This document shows, piece by piece, positions 1 to 14,300 of a stretch of 64,000 nt of DNA. The notes beneath the pieces were generated by a model. It ran no database searches. It was given only the letters and a program-made list of their open reading frames with translations, and was not told where the DNA came from. The DNA comes from Azolla caroliniana (Eukaryota; Plantae; Polypodiophyta): positions 7,564,001 through 7,628,000 of the forward strand of contig JBHGNT010000004.1 of assembly GCA_043228905.1 (NCBI GenBank), in the 5' to 3' direction. The translations under genes and the position numbers were made by a program. Numbering within the stretch: the first letter of the stretch is position 1; every line of letters starts with the position of its first letter.

Positions 1-676
1 CTTCAATGAGTGACATGGACATCATGCATCACATGTAATGCATGAGCGCCAAGTGGCAAACATGCATCGCATGCATTACATGAATTGTATGCATGTCTTG
101 CACCCTAACATGCATCATATGCATGGGGGCATCAATATAAGGGGGGGGGGAAGAAAAGAGAGGGGGGTCAATCAATCTATGTATGGAATCAAGCTATGTA
201 TTGAATCAAGATCTTAATAATAATAAAACCTAGTTATCTTATTGGTGACATGTCTTATTTCTTAACATTGAAGTCAAGGGTTTAAACCCCGAATTGGAAT
301 TTTCGTCTCTCTCTCTCAAACATAGCCACATTAGTGCATTACTTCGGCTACTACAATTTCATTTCGTGTGGTCATTCACTCTATCTTTGGAATTCTCGTC
401 AAGAAGGAAATAGCACTGGCAAAGATTGTTTCGCCATCGTCGTCGCCCGCTAAAACGTTGCGCACCACCACATTACCACCGCCTATGCATCAACCCACCG
501 CACCGCTAATTCTAGTTCGTGTGCGTCTTCGACAACAAAGAACAACCCGACAATAAACCTAAAATGGCCAATTCATCTCCTCCATAACCACTAGCGGATA
601 GAGACCCGGTGCTTGTCCACGCATGTGTGACACGCACATCGCGACGTTTGGCCTGTGTGTCACGCGCCACGCGACA
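1..676 (+). mobile_element. Partial LTR (left end outside window), related to the LTR of element H (50035..51232)
   Basis: Positions 7-140 align with 50800-50940 (tgagtgacatgg..catgcatcacatgtaatgcatgagcgccaa..gcatcatatgcatgggggc). Ends in ..cgaca (676) like the H and E LTRs. Confidence 0.6.
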
Positions 677-1393
677 ACGTGGTCTACCACTCTCGGACGA
701 AGCACATCGAGAGGAGATATCACTAGCTACGAGAGAAGGTAGAAGATAAAGAGTTCATGCTAACGAAGATCCATACAAAGGAGAACGGGTCGGACACGTT
801 GACCAAGGTGTTGTCAACAGACAAGCTAGACATGTGCCAAAGACGGATCGGAATGACAAGATGTCCCATGCCGGAGTGAAGGCAGAGCTTGTTGGGAATT
901 CGGTCCCTCCGGATCCCATCCGGAGGAGCCGAACCGGACGGATCCGGTGTGAACCGAATCCAGGGACATATCATTAAATATGCTTCTAGTGTGCCTGTCA
1001 TGGCCATATTTGTAAATAGTCCTAAATTCATATAAGTATAAATATGACTTAGGGAAGTCACTTTATTAATAATGTGCATAGAGACATTGTTGTATAGACA
1101 CATAGAGACAGTGTGTGAGATACAGAAAGTTTTTCTCTTGTAACCGTCAATTTGCGAAGACATAGAGCTCGAGGTCATTGCCTCCAAGTCTCATTCCGTT
1201 GTACCCCTCTCTATAATGATTCTGTTCGGAGTCTATGGGTTCCCATGGTTTTTCCCAATTAGAGTTTTCCACGTAAACATCTAGTGTTGTCTCATTCTGT
1301 GTAAGTGCACAAATCGTCTTATTCCTATTTCCTGTTTCTCCTTCCATTGTGAGTTTAAGACTCGGTTGTGGCCGAGCACTATTTCCTCTCAAC
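677..1393 (+). mobile_element. Ty1/Copia 3' remnant: RNase H end, polypurine tract (PPT) and LTR (~890..1393)
   Basis: Translation KIHTKENGSDTLTKVLSTDKLDMCQRRIGM is typical of a Tnt1/Tork-like pol end. A purine tract precedes TGTTGG at 890, and the LTR-like block ends ..ctctcaac. Confidence 0.6.
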
Positions 1394-3150
1394 TTGATGT
1401 GTCGAACTTGAGGGAGAGAGTAGAGTCAACTAAGGAAGCTGAATCCAAGAAGAGAACGACTGGAAGAAAATCGGCTAAGAGAAGAACAACCGACTATAGG
1501 GGGAGCGGAACGAGATAGTCGGAGCCGGAGACAACCGAATAAGGGGGAGGTGGAGGCAAGAGAGAGGCAAGACAAGTAGCAAAGCCAAGAAGGGTAGAGC
1601 CAAGGCCAGGACCAGGACATGGTCGGATGTGGTGAAGGGCCTAGAGGAGGATGAATCAGAGACAACCGATTTGGACAAGATGAGTGATTTGGACGAGCCG
1701 AATCACGTGAAGGCCAAACGGATGAAAAGTAGCCAAAGAAAATGTGAAGGCAAGAGAGCCAACGGATCAAGGGGCGCTGAAGTCGCAGAGGCAAGGGGAA
1801 GGTCATCGAGGGCCTTGAGATCATAAAAGTCGATCGAGCAAGTCAAGAAGCGCGGGACCGGACGGGTCGTGGAGAGGGGGCAAGAAGGCAAGTAGCCATG
1901 AGGTGTTGGAGCAGTGGACCAACTGGAGTTGATGAAGAACCTCAAGTTGAGCTTGAGGGGGAGTGTTGAGAGACTAGCTCAACATGAGTCGAAAGGCTCT
2001 TCCGCCGACAACTAAGTTGACTAATGAGAATCGGTTGAAGAAGCCAACCAGTCTATCGGCTGAATGATAGGTCATTGGGTTGTTAGTCCTTATATTCCTA
2101 TTTATAGTAATAGGAATATCTTTAGAAGTTTGTGTCAGATGCTCTTTATGAGCATTCAAGTACTGATAGTACTTGTGTTAGTCCTTTTGAGGAATTGTAT
2201 AAAGAGTGCTCACTGAGCACATAACTAGCTCCAAACAAGTCATTTCAACATGAATACTCATATGGGAAGCGCTCTTCCTACCGAGAAACTCGACAGAAAT
2301 AACTTTGCATCTTGGGAGCACCAAGAAGCATCAATATCACGGTTGTATTGACTTGCATCATCCGTTCATGATCACATGCTCAACTACATCCGTGAGGCCA
2401 AAATGCCAAAAGAGGTGTGGGGAACCTCAAAAAGATATTTGCGGCCAACACAATCGCACGAAACCTTCAACTTCGCCAAGAGTTGAGCAACATTCAATAG
2501 AGGGATATGTCAATCGGCCTCTACACCTTGAAGATCAAGGAGTTGTGCGACTCCCTCAGGTCGATCAATGTCAACATTGACGACGTTGAAATGGTACAGA
2601 TATGTCACAAAGGCTCAGGGAATCGACAAGCTGCGGTAGGTCACGAGAACCTGGGTCTTTCCATTGTTGACCAGCCATCCGACACGAAGTCCAACGGAGC
2701 AAAATGAACACAGAAGTCAGAGCTTACTCGAAGTCGTCCTGAAGACTATTCTAAATCTAGTCGAAGCCGGAGTCGACTTGAAGTTGATCCGAAGACCAGT
2801 CCAAACCAACTATCTGTCGACCGGAAGTTGTGTTTGAGGGGGCGGTTTGAGAATCAAACTCAACTTCCCTAGTGTGGGAACACACCTTAGGAATACCCAA
2901 GTGTGTGAAAATCCCACGTCCTTTGTATCATAACTAATGTGTCATAGAAGTTAAGTCCTATGACAAATATTTCATAAGTAGTTAAGACTCCACCTCTTTC
3001 CCAAAAGGCGGTTCTTGTGAGAGAACTTAGAGAGAAGGTGACTACATAAGCACCTTCTCCTTCTCTTTGTAATGTTGGCTATTATTCCCCTTGTTAATAC
3101 CAGTTTTCTAGAATTCTTGTTTTTTGCATACGTTCTATTCTCTCTCTCTC
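1394..3150 (+). mobile_element. Rearranged Copia remnants of the C/D type (pol tail, PPT, LTR piece, gag fragment, second LTR piece)
   Basis: LDVSNLR and RTWSDVVKGL match the pol tail of element C. PPT gcttgagggggag is followed by TGTTGAG at 1964. Gag MNTHMGSALPTEKLDRNNFASWE (~2250) matches D gag. A second PPT and LTR start lie near 2833-2865. Right boundary approximate. Confidence 0.65.
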
Positions 3151-6100
3151 ACACACACACATATCTCTTCCACTGCACAAAATCACGCCCGATTCTTTAC
3201 AGCCACCATCAATGGCAATCTCCAAGCTCTCGAATATCCATCTAGAAACACCATGGAAGAAGTTTCAAAGACACCGAGTGAACATGTGTGCACCTAGGTG
3301 GAAATTTGCACATACAATCCAAACCATAATTCTGCAGTGTGTCTACACCATTTCCTAACTCAATTTCCTTTACTTGTGCAAGGTCATCAAAAGTTGTGTT
3401 TGGCCTCTTTGCTTCTCTACTTAGTTGAAGGCACACTATTAGTCCACATCCCACAACTCCTGTTTAAAGTGGTCTCAAATATCAATGTCCTTATGTTCGA
3501 TATCACACCCGCTTCCCATTTTTTTGTTGTATAATCTTGGTAGGTAGTACTGTGTACACATGATAGGTGTGTGGTGGAAGGTTTTCCTCGACTCCTAGTT
3601 CATCAGTGATCACCCACGTGTTCAAGACAATAGTAGTCAGATAATTTGTTGTTGACATCCTCCCCTCGCTCAACTAGATCTACCAAGAAATAATCTATTA
3701 TCAAACCATCAATTTGTCAACATTTGGGTGCATCTATCAACCATGGCCAAAATATGCACCCAATTCAAGACTCAATCTTGGAAAGATGCTGAATCATTTG
3801 ATTTAAGTCATCGCCTTTCTCTAGTGCCATATTTTTAGTTATTATCTAGTTGGCATGTGAGTAAACCAGCCTCAAATTTTATAGGAATGTTTATTTTCCT
3901 TTTCCCATTTAGTATAGATTGTGTTTCGCCCCCTGACACAAATATTGCATAATCTATGGTACAAAGACAAGAAATAGATTATTCTACAAGTTTTTGAGGT
4001 ATTTTCCTCATGTTCGACGGGAGTTCTTCCATAATGCAAGGGGGATGTTCCCTTGTGTGAAAATATAGTGGTATCAAGGAGGATACAAGGGAGGAAGAAA
4101 TCAATATTAAAGGGAGACAATTCAATTAGGGTCATGCCATGGATAGGTTGTACAAATGGCATGTGTACACAATACTAATTGACTTTTTGTAGAGGCAAAA
4201 AGGTATTAACTTACACATTTCCAAAACTCAATAAAATGCGATCATTTCCATTCTAGCTCATCACAATTGCCTAAATGGTTAAATATAGCTTCTTCTTTAG
4301 GAACTATAAACCACAATGTTTCAAAAAGTTGTGTCCATGTGCCACACTACCCATTAATATTCTCAAACTTCTTCTGCACTATAAAGGTCCTTTACAATTG
4401 ATTTCTCTCTCAAATATATGTTGAAGAATGACAAACCCCTCTCCCCCCCCTCAAGGTTCACTAGACGTGTTCCCTTACAAGTTAAGAGGCATACATGTGT
4501 GGGGCCTATAAATGGACTAATACAAACAATGCATTATTATATTACCGTACAAAAGACGGGAAATAGATTATCTAGATGATTTATTATAAGCGTAATTTCT
4601 TCGTGTTTGCTTCCACAAATGGCAACTTGTCATCTAAATTATGATGTTTTTTTCATAATCGTAATTCGTTGTACTCTTATCCAAAGGGCATGTATGGGGC
4701 AAATCCTTTGTTCTAATCCACTATGGTCTCTCGATCTCTTTTCAATTGAATGTATTATATCAATATTTTTAATACATTTTTATTAGGATATTAAGACATA
4801 TTAAATAGGATCGTCCTCTTAGAGTGATACTATCAAATATTAGAGTATATTTTCATCTAAGGTAAAACATCAATTTCATGTGACATATAAATTTCAACAA
4901 AGTAATGCAATTACTACTTCAAACATAGGGAGATTGACATAGGGATAGGGATTGCTAGTCACTTGCAAATCTTGGGTTTTACCCCATAAACACCAATCCA
5001 ATCATAGTTTCTCTTCCATTCACAAGTGGGGGGTCTCAATTATGTACTTTGCAACTTGTGCCAAAACCCACAATTAGATGAAATGCATCAACCAAGTTTA
5101 GAAATCTCTAAGGTTGTGCATCAACCATAAAACCCACCTCTATGACCCCTAGCCAAAACAAAAAAATGAAGACCACGAACAATCTTTTCCCTGTCAATAT
5201 AAAATAAATGAGGGGACACGACTAACTCCATTCCCAAGGAATTCTATTGCTGCGTTATGGATTTTTGAACATATGAAGAGAGAGGAATCTGAAAATGGAA
5301 TACCTTAATTGAGGAATTCTCGCCCAATGCCTTAATCATAGTTCCCCCATATGTTGCACAGTGCGCCTTCCTCTTCCATGACATATTGTGTAATAGATAC
5401 CCATGGTTTTGGTCTCAAACACATCTTGCAACTATGAAATTTATGGGCCATTAAATGAATATCCAAATCCAAAAGTATGAGTTTACTAGTTACTTCTCGA
5501 GGTAAACAATAATGGGATGCAAGAAAGTTTGATCATGAATTACAACAAATCTTATGATATGTTTGGTCTTTATTTGGAGAGGAATGATTGGGGATCTATC
5601 ATTACAATCAACTCTAATTATGAGAGGATTAGCTATGGGTAATTGCTTTTTTTGTGTATTTCAATTGGGAGATTATCCAAGTTATTTTATACAATGTCTA
5701 ATTGCTTATAAGATTAGAATTACATTTGTAAGTTTTGACAAACTTTTTTACAAGTTCTTGAATCAAGGCCATGGGCATATTCTCAATTTAGATACAATGA
5801 TCTAACTTCATATACGTAGATTTTTTATTTTATTTTTGGTATTGATGATTGGTTCAAATTGAAATTGTCATTTGGGCAACGAGATGGTTGTGTAACTATT
5901 TGGAGACCATGAGATGTGGTGACGTGTAATTTTCAAGAAGCAATATATGGTAAAACAAATATATGTAAAAGTTAAAATTTATCTCATATGTAGTCCCAAT
6001 AGCATCGTCAATGCAAAACCTAATTTGTTTCTAGGCAATACCTTTTAAGGAGCCCATTGTAAACAAAACAAAGGGGATAAAGATGTAAGATGGTCATGGG

Positions 6101-9100
6101 ATAAGAATGAAAAGGCACACAAACAAAAGAAAGTGGTGATTGATGATAGTGAATGAAGTGCGCCCCTGCACACAAATGCAAAATAGAGGATGAAATGATC
6201 AACACCAAAATAAATATAAAAGATAAAATTTAATGGGGATATTTTGGATCCTTCACCAGATTGTGGATTGGAATTTGGAACTTGTATATACCCAAGACAA
6301 AAGAATTGTTCCCCATAAGACAACTATCCCCTAGGTTGCCATGGCACAAACTTTCATGGACATCAATAGCCTCCCTTGAAAAAAGATAGAACAACAAAGA
6401 TAGAGGAACCTATTCTAATTCAAACCAAAATCTTCAATTCAATGAGTGGTCAAGGTTCTCCTTACTTTGATAGCTTGCTTTGGTGAGAAATATCTAAATT
6501 CAATTACGCCTCTATGCCCAATTATCTTTTAGATTATACTTGTCAATGATAGATTGAACTAGTTCTCCCACAATTGATGTCCATCTTGTGAATGTTCATG
6601 AGTTTGGGTTTTTCTGAGGTTCATAAAACACAACAACGTCCTTTCTAATTTATACATAAAGCACCTTGAAGCCCATAGAGATTTTTATCATGTACAAAGC
6701 ACCATAATCTCATTAAATTAAAAATCGCCCTAAAGGGACATAGTTTTGTCATGCAAGCATGTAGATAAAGACACATGATATTACCTTCCCAACGCTAGCA
6801 CGCCTAAAATACATTGTGTAAGGTTGAACTATACATATCGGGACATGGTGTCAAAATAATATAAGGATGAAAACCAAGGAAAATCAATATCCATTATGAC
6901 CACATAATCTTCAGTGAGCTCTTGCCTAACAAGGTTTTGTAGGGTATCCTAATCCATAGCAAGATGATGTTGCCAATACTTGATTGCTAATGTCACAATA
7001 TGTAGCCCTTCCCATGAAAGTGAGTTGTTGGAACATAGAAGCAACAACCCTTGTAAACAATGGTGGAGCCCTAATCTTCTTAAAAAGGAGATTAAAGTGA
7101 TCACAAGGAACCATGTATTTGTTTATAGGGTAAAACTTTCTTCATCAAAAGTAACAATGCTCTAAATAAACTATACTTAAGATAACCGCATTCTTCAACA
7201 AAAGTAACAAGGCATTACCACGACTGTGACATCGTGGAGTGCACGTGGAGACCTACATCTCACCCATCGAGGTTTTGGGTACTCTTGAATTTTTTGACAA
7301 CACTAGTAAATAAACACAATCAATCTAGGTCATTTGTCACTAAAGTGGAAGTCAAGGTCACAAACAAAACCTCCAACTGGGAAATCCTAAAGTTTAGGTA
7401 TCCATTAATTTTATCCATTAATTTAAGACGTTTACTTTGAAGCTTCCAAAGGTTTCTAGAATTGACGGGTTTAACCTCATTATACAATTATATTGGTTGA
7501 TGGTCATGGGGTACAAGCTAATGTTAGTTATTAGATTGGTGCAATGTCCTTGTTTCAAGCAATCATGCAACATATCAAGTCCGTTATTGTCTTAATCTTG
7601 TATGTGGATATAAATTCGTGTAACCAAATTATGCTTATGAGTTTGTGTAGTTTGTATTCATGTTTACTACCATGTTATCCTTTTACATTGAACTTTGAAC
7701 TTCCATGTTCATGAATCATAACGGAGATTAGCATAACTATCTAGGCATTGGTTGGTTGTGAACAAAGTAAACATTTAATGAGTTTTGTATTTTTTATGGG
7801 ATCTAGTGAATGTGTAATCATGCACTTGCAAAAAGTGTGAATGGAAACAAAATAATAGGCAAAAGGACAATACGAACAATAAAAAACAAAAAAGCTATAA
7901 ATTATAGTGTGTGTTATGCTCACAAAGGAACCACAAACAATAAACAACTAGTAAACCACTATAAATTTGATTTAGTTATTTCTGCCTCGTTCACACCCTT
8001 ACCATAAATGTAATTAAGAACACTATTTATGATCAAACTCATAATACTACTAGGTTGCCAACTTTGAAGTGAATGTGTTGATTCAGACATGCTTTCTCTC
8101 TCTCTCTTTGAGGAAAATCAAGGTCAAGCCCCTTTGTAGTGAAATAGAGATACCAACCATGGGGTGTTTGTATTCTTAGTCGTTGGTTGACCTAATTGAT
8201 GTGAGTATATGTTTTCTCTTGATCATGAAGAGAATTGTAAAATGAGTGTGAGGTGCCCTAGGGAACTATAGGCAAACTCATTATTAGCACATAAGCTTTT
8301 GCTTTGACACAAAAATGTATATGTGGCTTTATGATACAAGATAGGTAGAGAAAGAACCTCAAACAAGTGAGAGAATGATGGCCACATTCAAACGAATCAT
8401 AAAATCCATGGGCCTTAAAATCATGCTCATCTAGTGTATGTTATAAATACATTCTAGGATTACACTCTTTGTGTGAAGAAACTCAATGTGTAACCGAACA
8501 AAGATTATGTGATCATTACATTAATGATAACATATATTGCCGACCACATGTTACATATACTCAAATTCAACAATAAATGGAATACTGCCCATTCACCAAG
8601 TTTTATTGAATAAATCTTCTCTTTTCCTTTCAACTATTATTTGCCTCGCATGTAGCGAACAATACATGTGGCATATTGCAAGGAAGTTTGATTGTCATTC
8701 AAAGTCTACACACTTTTGGGTCCTTATACTAGTGAAAGAACTTCACTAGTGTCTTACATTGCCTAATGACAAAACCCGTAGTTGTTTTGTTCAAAATCTT
8801 ATCTAAACTTTTAATGAGATAAGAATACTTCGTGACATAATCTACAATTCAGAATCATGCACACAGTCTTATCTTCATTAATATATATACGACTCTTCAA
8901 AACTTTCTTTCCAATAACCTGCCAATAAGAGATCATTCACATGTGAACGATAGATGGACAATAAACTTTTCACACTAATTGAGGCATTGCCATAAGTTCA
9001 TGATACATAGAATTTCATGAATGGATTGGTGGGACATGTTTATTGTGTTGAAAGATTAAGTTCTCCCAGTAGGAAACAACAAAAAAACTATAAAGTTCGG

Positions 9101-9741
9101 CATGCCCAATGTCATTTAGTGAACTTTCAAGAATGGCATTTATTATGCATAGAGTAAGTAGCTAGCCTTTTGTCGGGGTTAGTTTTGTAAAACAAAGCTT
9201 AGAACTATTGTGACAATGCAACTTGCCATATGGTACAAGTGGGAGACCCATAACAAAGCTAAGAAATGGAAAGAACAAACACTAATGTTTCTTTAATACC
9301 CTTCCAATTCGTTCAATACATAAGTCGAGCCTCCCGGAAAGGCAAGTAGCAAAAAGTGCCTCCATTCCTACCTTAAAAATTGCACCGAAAGACACAAGAA
9401 TAGAGCTTTTCAACATACACTCCCACCAAATACTCTCTTTTCATCACAGAAACGTATAATGTGAAGAAAGAACCATCCATGTTTGAAAACAAAGGCACAA
9501 CCTTTTCCGCAACACATTGTTGCCGCAAGTCACATGCTTGCCACTAATGGGATATGGAGAGTAGACACAGGAATCGGAATCGAGAAACCTGTTGAAGAGA
9601 GAACAAATTACATATGCCTTTTCAAATTTGTTTTCACTTGCCCGTAGAGAACAAGGCTACGAAGATGATGACGAAGAAGAAAGCACAAGGAATGCCCAAA
9701 AAAGAGAGCAAAGAGACAAAAACAATTTACAAGGGAAGGGG

Positions 9742-9779
<38 letters not shown>

Positions 9780-10089
9780 AAAAAAAAAGTTGGAGAAAAA
9801 GAAGAAGAGAAAGGAGGGGCACCTCACAAAAGAAGATAATGAGTAAAAGAAAAACCGAAAAACTACAAAAACGAAAAAGAAAGCAGCTGAGAAAAGTTTG
9901 GAGCCCCCCCCCCCCCCTCTCCCCCTTCACAAAATTGAGATAAACCAAAGAAAGGTGGCGAAGGAAAGCGCGCTCAAAAAGCAAAAAGCAAAAAGCAGGA
10001 AAACGAAGGTTGAAAAAGGCTTAGAAGATTGAAAAGCGAAACACAAACACGCAAAAATAAAATAAAAATCTGTGGACTTGGGCCCCAGC

Positions 10090-10410
10090 CCATGACACGT
10101 CAGCAGGCAGCCTCCACGCGGTTCCTGCCACGTCATCTTGTCAGTGAACGGAACCACGTAGCGCCGTGCCACGTCATAAGCCCAACATGCCACCTGGTTG
10201 ACTCCAAGTCAGCATCGACGTGGCGTCGGCTGCTTTCTGGACTCCTCGTTCTGGTGCTTTTTTTTTTTTGTATGAAGAACAGGCGCGCGAAAAAACGGTG
10301 ACGCGACCTGCTGCGGTTGGTTGCCACGTCAGGAGGCGTGGCTGCCAGATCAACTGCAGTGGCTGGGGCCGCGTCATCATCAGGTGCCAGGTCATAGTGC
10401 CAGGTCACTG
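10090..10410. promoter_or_regulatory. Putative promoter: GC-rich island with clustered ACGT-core (ABRE/G-box-like) motifs upstream of the SPR2-like gene
   Basis: ACGT cores at 10097, 10130, 10156, 10171, 10218 and 10326. Four are GCCACGTC/GACGTGGC. A CT-rich leader follows. Confidence 0.5.
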
Positions 10411-10469
10411 TGAAGCACGCTGACTAGGCGAAGGACTCTTTCCCCCCTGATCCGAGCCCTCTTTTCTCT

Positions 10470-10537
10470 GACTGTCTGTCTGTCTGTCTGTCTGTCTCTG
10501 TCTGTCCGTCTGAGTGAAGAGTGTCTGTCAGATCTCT

Positions 10538-10576
<39 letters not shown>

Positions 10577-10649
10577 TCTTCGTCGTCTCCTTCGTCTCCT
10601 TCCATCTCCTGCTGCTTCTTTTCTTCATCTTTCTCTGCATCTCTTTTGG

Positions 10650-10684
<35 letters not shown>

Positions 10685-10875
10685 TCTTTCTCGTGTCTTC
10701 CAAGCGAGGGAAGCGGCGCGTTTTGAAACTTTTACCTACAGGAGTCAGGACGCCTATCGCCATCGCCATCACCATCACCATCGCCATTCTTCTCTCTCTC
10801 TCTCTCTCACGAAACGCTCTCTCCCTTTTCGTCGTTTGTTTTCTTCTTCTTCTTCTTCTTCTTCTTCTTCTTCTC
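10470..10875 (+). repeat. Microsatellite-rich pyrimidine tract: (CTGT)n, (CT)n, (CTT)n; probable 5' leader
   Basis: Directly visible simple repeats. Confidence 0.85.
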
Positions 10876-11346
10876 TGTGGCCTCTTCTCCTCCCTTCCTT
10901 GGCCTTGTCAACTTGTCGAGCTTCCATCGATCACTTAAAACCAACATACATCACAACCTTACCCCCTCCTCTTCCGAAGCACTGAAGGCATGATACCTCA
11001 CCTTCTTTCTTCTCCTCCAACCTCCATTCTTCTTCTTCTTCTTCTTCAAGATCTCTCCCTCGCAATGTGGCCTTCCACATTCAACACAGAGAATCAAAAT
11101 CTACCTGTTCCGGAACGCTTTGTTTAACCCCCCCCCCCCTCCCAATTTCTTCCCTTGTGATCGTTTGTGTACAGAAAAAAGGATCAGCAAACTGGCCTTT
11201 CTCTTTGATTGACGATATTGGCTTATCAGACAATCTCTTCGAGTTCATCATCTTAGCATATCAGGCACTTCTTTGAATTAACAAATCTGCCGTATCATCT
11301 TTGAATTCAAGATCTTGGTCGAGATTCTGAAATTTAGGGTTTCAAT

Positions 11347-14300
11347 ATGGCACAAAAGAGTAACAGCAGCAATGGCAGTACCACACCTAGTGATGGCAAC
11401 CGATCTAGGTCAAACAGTAGCAGTAAGACAGGTGGAGGAACAACTCCTCAACTCTTGCTTATTGAATTGAAGCAACGCATCATCACTGCTCTTAACAAAC
11501 TCTCGGATCGAGATACGCAACACATCGCCATAGAAGAGCTCGAAAGAATTGCTGAGAGCTTGACTCCAGAAGGTATTTCTCTGTGTCTTTCTTGTCTCTA
11601 TGAAACAGACTCGCAACAGAAAAGCACAGTACGCAAAGAATGTGTGAAGATGTTTGGGACTCTCGCGTCTCTTCATGAGGAGCTTCTATCTCCTCATCTC
11701 ACAAAGATAGTGAACAACATAGTGAAACGTCTGCGAGACCCTGATTCAAGCATTCGAGACGCTTGTGCTGAAGCCATGGGAACTCTCTCAGCGAAGGTTT
11801 CTCCTCTGAACAGCAATGGAGGAGTAGAAACTAATGGTAATGCTTTCACAGGAGCATTAGGTGTCTTTGCCAAACCTCTCTTTGATGTATTGAACGAGCA
11901 AAGCAGAAGTGTTCAAGTAGGAGCTGCCATGTGTCTTTCTGAAGTTATTGATAACTTGAAAGATCCACCTCCTGGAGCTTTGCAACGGCTATGTCCTCGC
12001 ATTATTAAGCTCTTGAACAGCTCTACTTTCAGTGCTAAAACTGCTCTTCTCTCTGTTATAGCCAGCATTGTGCAGGTAAATTTTCTCTGGCAAATCTGTC
12101 TGAAAGATAAATCTATTTTGTGCTGATTTTAACCATTTTGAGACAGTGCTTGTGAACTTTTCTTTATATGTAGTATTTTAAAAACAGTTTTTCAGAAAGA
12201 TGAACCTTTGTAGAAAAACTTCATTCATGCTTGTATTGGAGGTTTTGTAGAAAAAATCATTTCTTGTGTAATGGACATTTTATACAAAAACTTATTGTGT
12301 ATAAAACCATCTTGATTTTATACAGTGAAGGTTTTCTATGTTTGTTTTGAGTGTAAGACCATCTCAATTCTGTACAGTGAAGGTTTCCTAAGAAAATTTG
12401 GTGCAAAACCATCTTGATGTTGTGAATTGAAGGTTTACTGTGTTTGTTCTTCTGTAGAAAACCAGCTGGATTTTGTAAGAGGGAAAATTTTCTATAACTT
12501 CAAATAACGAAATTTTCCTTATGAAAATTTCATCTTAACTTTTATATAACAAAAGACACTCTATCAAAAAATTTCGTGTTTCAGGCAGGTGGAGCTGCAT
12601 CATATCAGTCCCTTGCGATGGTAATGGCTTGTGTCCAAGAGAGTCTTAAGAGCAGCGATTGGGCGACAAGGAAATCTGCTTCTGAAACGCTTGCTTCTAT
12701 TGCCTCTGCTACTAATTGCCCTTCTTTAAGTTCATTTAAGCCTTCAGTGATTGAATCGCTTGAAAGTTGCCGATTTGACAAGGTTTGAACTTGGTTTTCG
12801 CATGTGATGTTGTTATGCTATGTTCATAGTTTGTTTTCCTCCTCCATTGAGGATTTAATTACAGATATTTGGTTGAATTTTTTCACAGGTGAAACCTGTT
12901 CGTGACATGGTGATCCAGACTTTGCAAGTTTGGAAAAGGTTTCCAGATTCAGATTCTGGAGTACATAAAGATTCTTCCATCAAAGGTATATACTGCTTTA
13001 TGACTATCATATGAAACAGAAACAAAAAAAGATCATTATGCCACATTGGGATATGAGCCCTGTGAAGACAGTCACTGCTATTTTGTCACTTTGTACTTCG
13101 TTGTTCTTTAGATCATAGACGCAAGTCTCTCTCTCTCTCTCTCCCCTGAGAGTCTAGTTTGCTATATCTTTGCATGTAGAATCTTACATCTACTCTTGGA
13201 CATTGATTTTGTGAACATGATTAGTAAGGATGATATGGTTATTTGGCTTGCTCGTAGTGTTAGAAATGATGATCTGGGTTTTTTAAAGTCCTTCTTTTTG
13301 TAGGTTTCTGGCACTATCTCATAGTTGTTAAAAAACTTGTATTTTATGTTTAGAATACCCTGAAGTATTCTAGACATATTCTATGTTTTAGAAACTGTCA
13401 TTTTAAAATGTTCATGTATTCTAAGTATTCCACATATTCTATGTATTTAACAAGCATTATGGTTTCCAAAAAAGAAAAAAAGAAAAAAAGAAAAAAAGAA
13501 AAAATGAAGAAAACAGAAAACTTTAAACTTTAAGAAGTATTTAATGTATTTTACATGTATCCATGTATTTAACGTATTCTATGTATTTAACGTATTTTAT
13601 CAGTAAAATACATATTCTAAGTATTTAAAAAAATGGTAGAATACTTTTAGAATACTTAGCTATGTATATATCTTGCTTCTTTCTACATGTATTCTATGTA
13701 TTTAATGTATTTTATCAGTAAAATACGTATTCTAAGTATTTAAAAAAAAGGTAGAATACTTCTAGAATACTTAGCTTTATATATATTTTGCTTCTTTCTA
13801 TTGACAGTTTTTTTTGCGAATAATCCATATGTTATGAGACAATGCATGGAAGATGCTGTTCAGTTTATCAGTATGTTATATATGATCATGATCGTTGTTT
13901 GAGACCATCACTCTTCTGGTCAAGCTAAACTGACTCTGATAAGTTAATTTCTTTTCAGAAAACAGCTGCAATGAGAGTCAAGACATTGTGATAGCAAAAA
14001 GAAAAGTTGAAGGAATGGATCAAAATCATTTGGATAATGAGATACCAGATTTTGGCTGCTTTGGGTTTACTCACACTAGGTCAGGTGCAAATAAGATTCA
14101 TGGTGATTCTCAGAAAAAACGTGCTCCTCTCACTGATAAGAGAGGAAATGCACCGTTTTTTGGTAAGACAGAAAAGAACGATAAATGGCAAATAAACATT
14201 TCTGTACCTCACTTGACTGGGGGCATTCAAGATGATATGGAGACTCCTAAACAGCAAGGTAAAGAAAGAAAGAGCTTTCAGGAACGTTTTACTTTGGGAC

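Noticed and set aside
3200-9560. Possible host gene or transposase in the AT-rich interval
   Set aside because: Only short ORFs with no motif I recognise. Probably old decayed repeats; not assignable without a search.
9592-11276. Many ORFs over the promoter and leader (e.g. 10521..10985, 10392..10787, 11067..11276)
   Set aside because: They are translations of microsatellites or GC-rich motifs, mostly with non-ATG starts.
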